64,000 bases of DNA. Origin: Psammoneis japonica (Eukaryota). The stretch lies in contig QPGO01000082.1 of the NCBI GenBank assembly GCA_008632985.1, positions 248,001 to 312,000 on the forward strand. Reading direction: 5' to 3'. Below the pieces are notes generated by a model. That model made no database searches. It saw only the letters and a list, made by a program, of their open reading frames with translations, and was not told the DNA's origin. Positions 26,751 to 39,250 of this stretch are shown here, one piece after another (within the stretch, counting starts at the first letter, position 1; the number at the start of each line of letters is the position of its first letter). The position numbers and the translations under genes are program-made.

Positions 26751-27622
26751 CTCAAGGTGCAGCCAACGAAAAGGGATTGCTAAAAAAATGCTACGTCCAA
26801 GTGTGGACATTCCCTTGGCTCTCTCTGTCCCAAGCAGAAGTGGCTAATATCGGTGATGGAGTTGGATCGGATTCGGATTCGGCGTAGTAGTGGGAGGACT
26901 TGGATTCGGACTCGGTACAGCAGTGCAAGAGGTGGAGCAGATGGGCCAAGCCGATTCGGAATTGGTGAGTAGGGAACGGTGTCGGGTTGTTTGTGTGGCA
27001 GGATCGGGCTCAGTACGCTGTTGCCAGATCCAACCAATAAACCCTCATCAAATTAAGTGTTGCTGTGTGGGACAAGAGAGCTCAAGGTGCAGCCAACGAA
27101 AAGGGATTGCTAAAAAAATGCTACGTCCAAGTGTGGACATTCCCTTGGCTCTCTCTGTCCCAAGCAGAAGTGGCTAATGTCGGTGATGGAGTTGGATCGG
27201 ATTCGGATTCGGCGTAGTAGTGGGAGGACTAGATTCGGACTCGGTACAGCAGTGCAAGAGGTGGAGCAGATGGGCCAAGCCGATTCGGAATTGGTGAGTA
27301 GGGAACGGTGTCGGGTTGTTTGTGTGGTAGGATCGGGCTCAGTACGCTGTTGCCAGATCCAACCAATAAACCCTCATCAAATTAAGGGTTGCTGTGTGGG
27401 ACAAGAGAGCTCAAGGTGCAGCCAACGAAAAGGGATTGCTAAAAAAATGCTACGTCCAAGTGTGGACATTCCCTTGGCTCTCTCTGTCCCAAGCAGAAGT
27501 GGCTAATGTCGGTGATGGAGTTGGATCGGATTCGGATTCGGTGTAGTAGTGGGAGGACTTGGATTCGGACTCAGTACAATAGTGCGAGAGGCGGAGCAGG
27601 TGGGCCAAGCCGATTCGGAATT
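26428..27622 (+). repeat. Tandem array of ~330 bp, about 3.6 copies (starts 26428, 26751, 27081, 27410)
   Basis: ctcaaggtgcagccaa...gtgtggacattcc...ggagttggatcggattcggattc repeated at 323, 330 and 329 bp spacing. Confidence 0.95.
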
Positions 27623-27695
27623 GATGTAGGATATAGTGTAGATACTTTTTTGGGCCCCAGGGTTGACGGAGCCATTGGATCGGTGTAGTTTTAGG

Positions 27696-28326
27696 CGACG
27701 GGGTCCCTTTCAAACTTTGACAACGACAACAAGAGCAAAACACGCGTCAGTCTTTACCAAAAACTTCACTTTTTTATACTCACAAATTTGGAATTTACGT
27801 ACATCGATCGAGTGTGCAGTTATTGGCTACAACGGAGCTGCGTTTGGACTAGAGCTCGGCGCTGGGCTGCTACTTGGAGTCGTACTGGGCGTATCACTCG
27901 GTGCGGGACTACGACGGGGTCCCTTTCAAACTTTGACAACGACAACAAGAGCGAAACACGCGTCAGTCTTTACCAAAAACTTCACATTTTTATACTCACA
28001 AATTTGGAATTTACGTACATTGAGTGTGCAGTTATTGGCTACAACGGAGCTGCGTTTGGACTAGAGCTCGGCGCTGGGCTGCTACTTGGAGTCGTACTGG
28101 GCGTATCACTTGGTGCGGGACTACGACGGGGTCCCTTTCAAACTTTGACAACGACAACAAGAGCGAAACACGCGTCAGTCTTTACCAAAAACTTTACTTT
28201 TTTTATGCTCACAATTTTGGAATTTACGTACATCGAGTGTTCAGTTGTTAGCTACAACGGAGCTGCATTTGGACTAGAGCTCGGCGCTGGGCTGCTACTT
28301 GGAGTCGTACTGGGCGTATCACTCGA
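27696..28326 (+). repeat. Tandem array of 212-216 bp, 3 copies (27696, 27912, 28124)
   Basis: cgacggggtccctttcaaactttgacaacgacaacaagagc...ctgggcgtatcact repeated nearly exactly. Confidence 0.95.
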
Positions 28327-30018
28327 GCAGGACTACGACTCGGTTGTCGTGTCGTGTCGTGTGAGTCGGTACATCATTCTGAGCGGGACTCGCTCTCGGT
28401 GGATGGAAAGGCATTGGCGTTAGAGCACTGTGCTCCAAGCTGGGAGCAGGGGTTATGCTCGGTGTTCTGTTTGGAGCTTCACTCGGAGCAGGACAGCTTG
28501 ATGGATTGTCCATTGTCGACAACTACAATCGCACGGTCGCCGCCTATAATTGTGGCGAAGTTCTGAGCAGTTTCAGTTTTGGTTTTTGAAAACTGGCTCG
28601 CTCGCCGAAAAAAGAGAAACAGCGATGCGCTGCGAAACTTATTCAGCACTGTATGTACAGAAGAGAACATAGCACAGGATCAATGATGAAATAAGATATC
28701 TAGATGTTAAATGTGAATTTATTTTTCGTATGTATCATGTTGAATGAAATATAAATTATGTTGCTCTAGAATATATACATAAGTATTAGTTTTCAAAGAG
28801 CCCGCTGTCTCGGATCTGGAAGCCCGGAAGCCACTCGATTTCGAAGCTCTGAAAATGGCTGGCTGCTGGCTGGGTCGCCTGTCGCCTGCCTCCATGTCGC
28901 CTGTCGCCAACCGCCGACGATGGTGACCTTGAGCAAGTAATCGTTTGCTCCAAACCTTCATTAGCTTTCGTACACCCACTGCACTTTGTTTCGCGTGCTA
29001 TGCGGAATTCAGCCTCACGCTCTTGAATCAAAATTTTTGCCTTTTCGTTTCTATTCCCACAATGATATGATGTTGCCGGGCTGGCAATGGCAACTAGCGT
29101 GCAAAAATAATGACCCTCGTCGTGCCGACAGCCGACAGTATATTGTGACAACGACCATCAAATTGGTGTTAATGTCTAGTCTGGTCTGCTCCATGGGCAA
29201 TGCGGTGCTGTAGATGGCTAGAGTTGTCGTGGTGAATTCGTCTTGGACGTTTGAACTCACAATGTTTCCGTGGCGGACGTTGCAACGAGACTACACATTG
29301 TCTATCCACCATGTTTCGTGAAGGGTTATCAAGACCAGGGTGGAGACTGGAGTTCATCGTTGTGTTTGTGGAAATAAGAATGCCAAGTTGGTTCTTTTGC
29401 TGTCAGTTGTCGTGAGGACGGTGAGGAGGAAGAGAGCGTTGAAAGACGTGGGACGTGGCCAGTCACTTGACCTTTGCCGATTCCATTTACATTTGTTCTC
29501 AGCCGGCCATACTAAGGAGGCTAACACAAACAGAGCGAAGGTACGAATGATATTATTGAACAAGGGGGGAGATAGATTTCAACCAAAGCAAGTGGTTTGC
29601 TGTTCTGGGTGTTCGCTTGTTGTTTCGTAAGGTTTTCACTCGTACGCAGCTATGCTCACAAACTGTACTTATAGCTCAAATCTTTTCTCGTTTCAGAATA
29701 GATACTTTCCCAAAAATAATGGCGCTCTACTTACACGCATTCAATTTTGCACGCAACGCCTTCTCGTGATGTCATTTTTGTGATCTAAATTGGCTATTTT
29801 GTGGTGCCCGCTTTTAGCTACGGTACCGTACAGTGGTTTGCTCAACTACGACGTCCGACCAGCAAAAAGATGGCGCTGCTTTGCTCCTCCTGTTGCTCTA
29901 GATTCTTCTCTAGCTAGAGCTAGCTAGTCAAAATACCGGTATAATTTATACTATTCCAATTTATTTTCTTGTGTAGTGAAAACGATGTCGTTGCAATAGT
30001 CGTAGGATTCGAACACAT

Positions 30019-33000
30019 CTATTCGGTCGAAGCAGCCATTTCTGAGAGCCTCTTTTCTTCCTCCCTCTTCGCCTGTTTGGCCTCTTTCCTTCTCTTTTTG
30101 TTTCTTGCGCGTCTCTGTCTCCTGTTTTGTTTTATCCGTTCTTGTTGTTCATCTAAGGGTTCTTGTCTCTTGAGTACATATGAAGCTGTGTCGTCCTCCT
30201 CCATTGGACTTGCTCCCACGGTCGGTTCCACTTGTCTTACAACCTTGTTGGCATCTGAAGAAGTGTCTTCCTTATCTTTTTGACTTAATGCCGCTGTCGG
30301 ATCCACTTTCCTTGTGATCTTGAATATGCTGTCGATGATATTTCGCTGATCAAATAACGTCCAAAAGATCTCTCTGGCTGTCTGTTTCGCGTTGTCGTCT
30401 CGGCGATTCAACAACTCCCGATCCCTTTCATCAAGCTTGACATAGGTAAGACGAGGCTGAGTGTCCATAAGGATGCCATTCTCTGCAAAATATGCCACTG
30501 CGTGTTTGACTTTCCTGCCAACCTCGTCCCAAAAATCAATGATTACAAGATACACGCCCTCTCCTTTTAGAAGCAATTCCAGTTTACTTTGGTTTTCGTT
30601 GTGGCGTAACTTTTGCGCTTCGAATCCTTTACTCTCAAAAAACGGTATGAATTTCTTGGCCGATACCCATTCGCGTCTTGGAGCTAATTCGTTTCGAATC
30701 GCCAGCTTAGAAATATCTTGTTTCGCTCTCTCCTTTTTGTCCGGAATCATGCGCTTCAGAATACGAAATGAAGTGTCCGGAATGCAATATCCGACCGGCA
30801 CGCGCCTTTTGTCGTAACAAAATCCGTGTTCTTTAGCCTCGGCTAGGGGCATAATTCTAGCACCCACAACCGCGTTATTTCTTCTGTTCACACGTTCTTT
30901 TCTCGACGGTTTGGCAGTTTCCTTGACAGGAGCAACTACCTCAGAGTCCCCGGTCGCAGTAGCAGACGGATCCTCCAAGCGTACGCCGCTCAAGTCACCA
31001 ATTGTAGCTGTTTCGGTATCCTCAGTAGAGACATTGGAGGCTCCTGCCTCGGCGGCAGAGTAGCCCACAGTGCTAGCTCCGCGGTCGCCAACTGTCGTGC
31101 AGTATCCGGGCGCATTGACTTCTCCTTCCTCTTCTTCATCAGAGTCATAGAGAAACCGCTGCGATTTATCGTCACCAGAAGATTCATTGCCTATGTCTGT
31201 ATTCAGCAAATGATCTGAAACTGATTTGCAGCAGATTGCGTCAACAACAATTACGGTCGTGCAAGTAGCAACAACACGAGATATTCTCTTACCTATAATT
31301 CGATTGCGTTTTCTTGCGGGACTTTCTCCGTTCAAGGAGGCCATTGCATCGGATATGTTTGCAGCTTGTGACGATCTAGAGGCAACACTGTGCACTTGTA
31401 TCGCTGATTCTGAAATGGCAGAATCTTTGGTGTTGGGCTTGCAGCGGTCATCGACTTCTTCGTTCCATTCCTCGCTCGGGTCTTGCGTTGGTAATGAGTC
31501 CGTGACGGTCACAGCGGTTTCATTTTGTGGACAACATTCACTGCTCTTGCCCTTCGGCATTTCCGAATCCAGGGTAAAAACTGATTCTTTCGAAGAAATG
31601 TCTGAGAATTTGCTGGTTGGATCCATTGACCCATCGGAGGTAACGTTCTTAGTCGTTCTAGCGGGTGCCTTCGAAGCAAGGCCACACCCGTCGGACGCTC
31701 CTCCAATGAACGAGCTACAGGTACCTAATCCACTAGATTCACGGTCGCCGGCTTTCGCGAAAGGCGTGGGTGCCTTGGCCTGCTCCTCTCCCTCTTCATG
31801 GGAGATAACAAGCAGCCCTTTATTGTCGCAAGAAGATCCATTGTCTGCGTCTATTTGAAACAAAGGAGAAGGCACTGGCAAGGTATGAAGGAGGTCGTGG
31901 CAACAACAATCAATTCGCACAGGCAGCAACAAAAAGCGAGTCGATTTTCTTACCTTGAACTTGGTCGCGGCTTCTTGCCGAACATGGTCCCTGTAAGTTG
32001 GTCATCTCATCAGTTCCGTTCGCAACTTGGGGTACTCCAGAGGCAAGATTGCGCACTCGTGTGACTGATGCGGCTATAACGGTGCTATCAACGACTTCTT
32101 TATTTGCTTCTTCTTCTCCCTTCACCTCGAACGAATCTGCATCGTACACACTCAATCGAGATATGGAACTGTCATTTCTTATAAGATTTTTCCCCGTGTG
32201 GTCGTAGTCGTTTGCCGTATCTTCGGTTGGCTCTGCATTGTAATGGGAAAAAGGAGGTATGAAATGTTTGGTGGGCCCTTCCTTGTTGTGGGCAACAGGA
32301 AACTGACGCGGTGAAGCGGATGTCTTCTTGAGGGCGTCCCGTTCTTGTCCATCAGCAGTAGGCGTGCTTCCTATACCCATGGTTGCACCAATCAAAAAAG
32401 TGGCAGAAGGAGATTTCCCACTTCGCACTTCGGATCCACTGGCAACTTGAGTTGTGTCCTCCCTTGATGTTGATCCATTGGCGACAACTTCCACTGTCGT
32501 AGCAGCCCGGGTGTTGATAGATGCGCCATCTACTAAAGGATAGCAGATTCAAGACAAAAATTGACAAGAATGAGCATTGGGTAAAGAAAAAACACAAGAT
32601 GCAAACAAATCAAACCAATGTCTTACCGCGAACATTTGAAACAGTGTGCCCTGACAAGCCACTGTTTTCAGGACTCTTATTTGCACCTAACATTGAATCT
32701 GCGGTGGCTGCAAAGACGTTTTCATTTGTGGCAGGTGTCGCTTTTGCGGAAGGACCACTCCGTTTGGAGCTGGATTTGTCGAGGCCAGCATCCACTGTCG
32801 ACGCAGTGCGTACTCTATCAAGTGATGCGGAATTTGCTTTACTGCGACTGGTAGACCTGACACCTCTGTTGGGCGGAGCTTTGGACGAAATGCAGTTGAC
32901 TTTGTTTTGTTCAGCTTCTTGGTTTTCCTTTTCGTTCGTCTCGCAAACACCCGGAATGGGATAGAGTGGCCGATGCGTTTTCTTCTTGGGTGGAGTGGCT

Positions 33001-33899
33001 GCAGAAGAAAATGTCCTTGTCCGAGTTGAATGGTTGCCAGAGGAAGCGCGGCGAAGGCTTTGATGATTCGTGCTATTGACAAGCACCGGGCGGCCTCCAG
33101 TGCCCCCTTGCGTCTTGAATCTAGCTGGGCTGGTATCACGCTGATTCACAACACCAGACGCGTCCAAGACAACGGCACTCCCGGCTTTCGTGTCAGACGA
33201 TAATCCGTTTGCCTCTAGAGCTCTGCTCGATTCCATAGTATTGCTCGAAGTTTGCTTGGGAGTGACTGCCGGTTTCGTATCGTTGACAAAATAATGCCAG
33301 ACAGAAGGTGCCTTCGCTATTTCTAAATTCAAAAGAAAGAGATGAAGTCGATGAGAAGAAAGTGTCGTGATCGCGCTGGCAACAAAATGAAATGCGTGTC
33401 GCTTACCTTGATTTCGTTTTCGAATTTCATTACTGGGCCCTTGAAATGGTTTGAAATCGTTGCAAACTCGAGTCGTGGTCAGAGCTTTCGTTTCTTCTTC
33501 CGACAATCCAATCGGCCTCCTAACCAAGTAGGGTCGTTGAAGTGTCGCATTCCCGAGAATAGGCCCTAGGCTTTTATCAATCTCCGTCCACGTCAGATAT
33601 TCTTGGTATTGGATAGTTTCAGCGCGGCCCGTCTCACGCGAGCTTTGGCGGGCGCGGAGGGGCTCTGAAGACCGTTTCGAGTCGAGCTCTCTTTGGTGAT
33701 TCCTCACCCCGTTTGAATGATACTTTGGAGCTTTGTTCGCTTCATCAGATAACTTCCGTCGCTTAGACCAATTCCGATCCTTGTCTCGTTTTCCCCTCCT
33801 CCTTTTAGATATGTGCGAATCAAGAGTCAGTTTTTCGTAGAGAGGATTTGCCGACGGCGAATCTTCATCCGATGATGATGGTGCCGTGAATCTCGGCAT
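30019..33899 (-). CDS. Large hypothetical, mostly low-complexity protein; probable intron ~32531-32626 and a frameshift near 31900
   Basis: Three consecutive same-strand ORFs (32610-34043, 31910-32494, 30019-31932) with normal Tyr use; GTAAG donor and TAG acceptor; ATG of MPRFT at 33899. Confidence 0.55.
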
Positions 33900-34459
33900 A
33901 TTCAATTCGAACCGCTTCCAGCAGCTGCACAAGAGTTGGATAAGAAAACGAAGCTTGCATGTGAGAGGGAGACTTGATAAGGAGAAGTGCGAATGAACAC
34001 AACAGTGATACAAAGCAATTGTTACCTTTTTCAAGCAGGCCAACGGTTTTTCGCGGCGATTTGGATTTGGAAAGCCGACGTTTCAAACGAAGTCCTTTGA
34101 TTTTGTTGCTTGACAAAGAGCTTCTCCCAACGTTGCTACAAGCAAGGCACGAGACGTGAGATAATGAATAAGGATACAAGACGCAAGGAAAACAAGAAGG
34201 GAAGGCGAAAGAGCAACACTCACCGATTGCAAGCAAGTCAACAACGATAACAACAAAGAACGCTATGAGACTTGATGTCAATGTTTGATGTTCAGTGCTG
34301 TGACTTCGAACTCTTGTTCGGGTTGGGTGTTGGGTGTCGTGTGTCGTGTTGAGTCGTTGCAAATATCAAGTAAACGTACATTTGTCTGATGACGTCAGGG
34401 GTGTCGTAGAAGGCATAAATAACTTTTAATAACTCGTTGTTTACCACAAACGATTAGCT

Positions 34460-37400
34460 GGGGCCGCAAGGGATGGCTGGCATTGTCTTCGCCGTTGAGG
34501 CAGAACAACCACGGCAGGTGATTTCCTCCCTTTCCCACGTCACTTTTAGTTTCACACTCATGCTTGCCATTGTTGTTGCTGTTTGTTCTGTGACATTCGA
34601 GTCACATGCATGGGGTTTGTTTCTCTTTTGTTTTGGCATCAGCCAACACACGTTGCATTGTCATCTCTTGCATTGCCATTTGTTGCTCAGTGCATTTCAT
34701 GCGATGCCTTGGCATTGCGTGCTGGCGAACATCATCTGTCTTTTCATTGTTTGCTTGTTGCATCAGAGTTCTTTTGGAACACGCCATTGAAGCCATGGCA
34801 GCATCACTTTTTTCTCTTGTTGAGGCTTTGGCACAGATGCCAAAGGAGTGGTGAGGGTGTGCACAGAGCAGCTGGCTGCAGTGGCCTTGGTCATCAAGCA
34901 GAGTCAGCAAAAGGGTTTTGTGCTGTCTCCAAGAGTCCACAACAGCTTGAGATGAAATCAGGCCACCAGTTGCCCTTTTTTGTTCTTGATGCGCTGTTGA
35001 TCAACCCACCTGTAAAATGTGACAAAACACAGAAAAAGAGAGCTGATCAGAATGTTTTGGCTTGCCAAAAAGAAGTGTGTGGGCAGGATGCATGATGCGT
35101 GCATTGGCACTGACACAACTGCACAGGGACTTCGACTCGAAACTTGTGATCCTCTTCCCAATGCCTTTTAATTTGCGAATGACAAAAATGATTGTCAGCA
35201 CTGATGCAAAAACTGGCACTCTTCTGCACATGAATGTCCCATCAATGGCACTTGACGGCTTCTTGAGCTCCCAGTGGGATGGCTTGCAAGTGTGCATTGC
35301 CTTGCACATGTGTGATGAAGAGCACATTGGCAAACAAGTGTGACATGCTCTGAGGCACCAAGCAGTCTCCACGCCATGGATTTGCTTGAACTTGAGCAGG
35401 CATTTGAACATGTGGCTCCAATGCAGACACCACTCAGTGCCAAGAAGCAAATCTGGTTTTGCCTCACGTTCTGGCAATGGAGTCTTTCTGCTGTGCATTT
35501 CTTGTCACATTGCTGGGTCTGCACCAATTCTCCATCTTCACAAAAGGAGTGCATTGTGTGACTGCCAGAATCCATTGTGGGATGTGCCAACAAGGCATGA
35601 GCATCACATTTTGTAAGGAGCACAAGGCAACTTGTTGGTTGCTTGTAGTCTGAAGATGACTGTTCCCTGCTGAAAAGCCAAAACAAGTGCCGTGACTAGC
35701 AATGGTTGGCTGGGGGCACATGCAATGCAAAAAAGATGCTGCAACACAACAGAGCAACAGTTCTGTGCTGCAATCCAACCTGTTTGTTCAACACCCCACC
35801 AGTTCTGTCAGTGGGATGCCAAAAATGATGTGACACAACTTCTGTCGATGCAACAAGCCAGTGAGAAACCACAATCAAAAACAAAACAAGAAACCTGCCC
35901 AAGCCATCACAATGTGCCTCACTGTGTTAAAAATCACACCGCATGGGGTGCAGAGGCATGCTTGCTGTTGTCCATGTCCATCATGCCCACACCACAAAAA
36001 CAACCATGATTTCACACTAAAAAGCATGAAAAAGCAGGATGACAAGTGAGGGTTAGCTGAGGGGGATCACAACACATGAAAAACAACACTCAAATGCAAC
36101 AAAATAATGACATTGTGTTGCATGCACGTCCACACTGCTCTAAAATCCATCACACATGTTCTTGTGCCAAAGCTTGTCTCTCTCCATTGTTTGTGCAAAA
36201 CCAGACTTGACTGCCATCTGATCAGGTGCATTTGCTGCAAATGTGTTGATCTGAAAAATGCCTGATCAGATGTCAGTTAATTGTGCATTTTTCACAAAGA
36301 CAGAATTTGCTGTGAAAGACTGACAGATGGTTTGACCTTTGTCTTGGTGGTGCCAGTCTCCACAGCTTTTTCGATTGTGATTGCTCTGCAGCATGAAAGA
36401 CAGCTGCTGAGTCTGAAGGTTCTGGCACTCAAATCAATGTGCCATTTGCACAGCTGTCCCTCAGCCCAATGGCAGCAGTGGGGGCTTGCCCCAGTCTCCA
36501 TCCTTTGGCAGGTCTGCAAGGTCCAAGCTCCTCACACCACAATGACAAAGAGACAGTTGAGAGCAAGCAACAGAGGCTTCACCATGAGTCTGCACAATGG
36601 CTGTTCTGGCAAGGGCTGTGTGTGCACTTGAAGATTGTGTGGCAACATCCACGCTCACAGCCGAGTGATGGCTGCACCTGGAGAGCACACCCACTGACAA
36701 CTGTGCAGAAAATCCCACCACCAGTGCTCCACAGTTGAGCCTCTGCACAACAATCACCTGCTTTGCATGCTGCTCAGTGTGCAGAGCTCCAAGAAGCATC
36801 TGACCTGGAGCTCCAGAGCAGAGCAGGTCTGCTGGGTGTTCGGTCGAGACCTCTGGTGTCTCAGTGGGACAGAGTGCAAGCAGAGTGCTTCTGTGTGCTG
36901 ATGTGCAGTGGCAAGAGAGCTTGGTCAAAAGTCCTTCACAAAGCTGCTGGTGACAAAATTGTGAGCTGCCCAGATTGTGAATTTGGCAAATGGCACAAAT
37001 GGCCAATTTTGTGAGCACTTGCATTGGCAGCCAGTGCACTCTCCTCATGGGCAACCACACTGTTGCTGAAGCAACAGACAAATGTTCCAAGAACATGCTC
37101 TGTGCTTTTAAATCCTCAATGGCTTCACAGTGATCAGCTTGCTGACAGGGTCAATGTGGCTCAAAAAGAAACACAAAAAGAGCTCTGATGGGCAGAGGCA
37201 CAGACACATGTGGACAGACTGGGTTTCTGGGCAGATGACCCATGACTCTCCCTCTGGTGAAAAACTTTGAGAGGTGGGAGGTTCTCTCTGAGAACTTGGG
37301 GGCACACTTGGAATTGCAGCAGCTGGGGCACTCCTCTTCCTCAAAGGCAAGTCCAGGGCTGCTGAGGGTTCAGCAGGAGCAAGACTCCAGCCAGGCCCAG

Positions 37401-39060
37401 TGGAGGTGGGGTCAAGTCAGCAGGTGCCTTGTTTGAGTCCATGGCAGGAAACTTGGGAAGGCATGAGTGGAGATGGCAGGGCATGAGCTGCCAGAGGAGG
37501 CACTTGAAGGGGCAAAGGAGGTGACTGGGAGGTGAAAACATCAGAGGCTGCTTGAAAAATTTTGCACTTGGGGGTCTTGAAATGCATCAACCTTGACTTG
37601 TTGGTCTTCAACCACAGTGCACTGGTGTGCACTGTCTTTTTCCAAAAGGGTGGTCAGCTCTGGAGATCCCATGGCAGACAGCAAGCCCTGATTGGCAGGA
37701 ACAGTGCTGCACCCATCCTCAAAAGCAACTTGAAATTGAAGGGTGATGGCTCCCATTTCAATGCCATCTGGCTGCTCAGGAGCACCAGCAGGGCCACTGG
37801 CAGCGTTGCTCTGCACTGAGTTCCACATGCAGACACACCATTTTGGTGACTGCTTCTTGCCACTGGCAATTTTCTTTTCAAAAGTGCTGATGGGGTGCCC
37901 CCAAACACACTGTGCTGCACGTTCAACTTGCTTGGTTCCTCAATTTTAAGTTTTCTTTTGTGTTTGTTCTGTGTCTTTGTTGGCTTCATTCTTCTCAACC
38001 ACTGCTGTGACAGACAATGATGCTCAATTCTCTGTCACCCTTTTTAACTTGATTTGGCTGCTGATGTGTGCCCTGCATCTCTTTGACTGCGCACTTCAAA
38101 CTGTGGCATTCATCAGACAAACAGTGTCCACAGCCTGGCACACTGCTCAACACACAACTGTGCATTTTTTGACTGCTGTCTTGAGCCAAGGATTGCAGAT
38201 GTTTGAGCCAAGGATTGCAGATGTTGTCTTTTTCCTGCTGGTGCTTGTGCAGAACTTTCTTGTTCTTTGTCAATTTCTAAAGCCTGCCTTTGGTGGTGGC
38301 CTTGACCTGCTCAATGCATTGTTTGAGAAAAAACTCAGACATTGTGGGACAAACAAGCAACACATTCAACTCTTGCTGCCATCTGACAACAACAAAAAAT
38401 TGAAAATGAGCAAACCTTGGCCAGGCAAGAAGACAAAGCATGTGATGCCAGGTCAGCCAAAGTGTGATGCAAGACTCACAAATTGTTTTTTTGCACCAAA
38501 GCTGTTGTCTTCTCACAATTTGTGTGAAAAAACAGAGGGTTGACTGGCAACTGATCAGGTGCATGTCACAAATGTGTTGATCTAAAATGATGCACCTGGT
38601 CAGCTGCCAGTCAAGCCCATTTTTCACAAAGACAAAATTTGCTGCAAAAGATGGGCGGACAATTTCTTGGTGCTGGTGTGCAGAGTTTCCATGCAATGAC
38701 TCTGCAGTGCAAAAGATTGCTGTTGTGTCAACTCACAAGGTTTGCCTTCTTGTTCTTGTGCCCCCCTGTTGCTGGCCTTCCAGGGTGAGGTTTGCACTCA
38801 CAGCAGAATCCTTTGCTTCCCAGGGTGTGGCTTTCCAGCAATGCTCTCTCCTTTTCAGAGGGGGTGAGGAGCTCCACCATGGCAATGGCTGGAAACCCAT
38901 GTCTTTGCCATGGCTGATGAGTCCCAGTCATTTTTGCTGACAAAAGCTGTGTCTGCCATTCATGAAGAGCATCGCTTGGGCAACCTTGGCACTTCTCATC
39001 TGGCAGCGTTGAAAGCTCGATTAGACTGTGTCTCGATGTGCATTCCAAACTCGAGCTCAT
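34460..39060. mobile_element. TpA/CpG-depleted degenerate repeat block
   Basis: Abrupt compositional switch between two normal genes; TG/CA-saturated. Confidence 0.65.
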
Positions 39061-39250
39061 GACTAGCATCTTGTCCAAAGACGGACATCAAGACGGAACT
39101 TCGCTCATCTTTACTGATCTTGTCTCGTTTAAGAGAACCACACAATAATTATTACCTTAGAATGCTACCGTAGTTAGACTCCATTCCCCTCAAGTCTAAA
39201 ATTATCGTAACAAGCATCAATAGTTGCCTTCTACTGTCATTGTCCTTCCC

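Noticed and set aside
26428..28326. CRISPR-like array
   Set aside because: Units are 212-330 bp full tandem duplications with no unique spacers and no cas genes.
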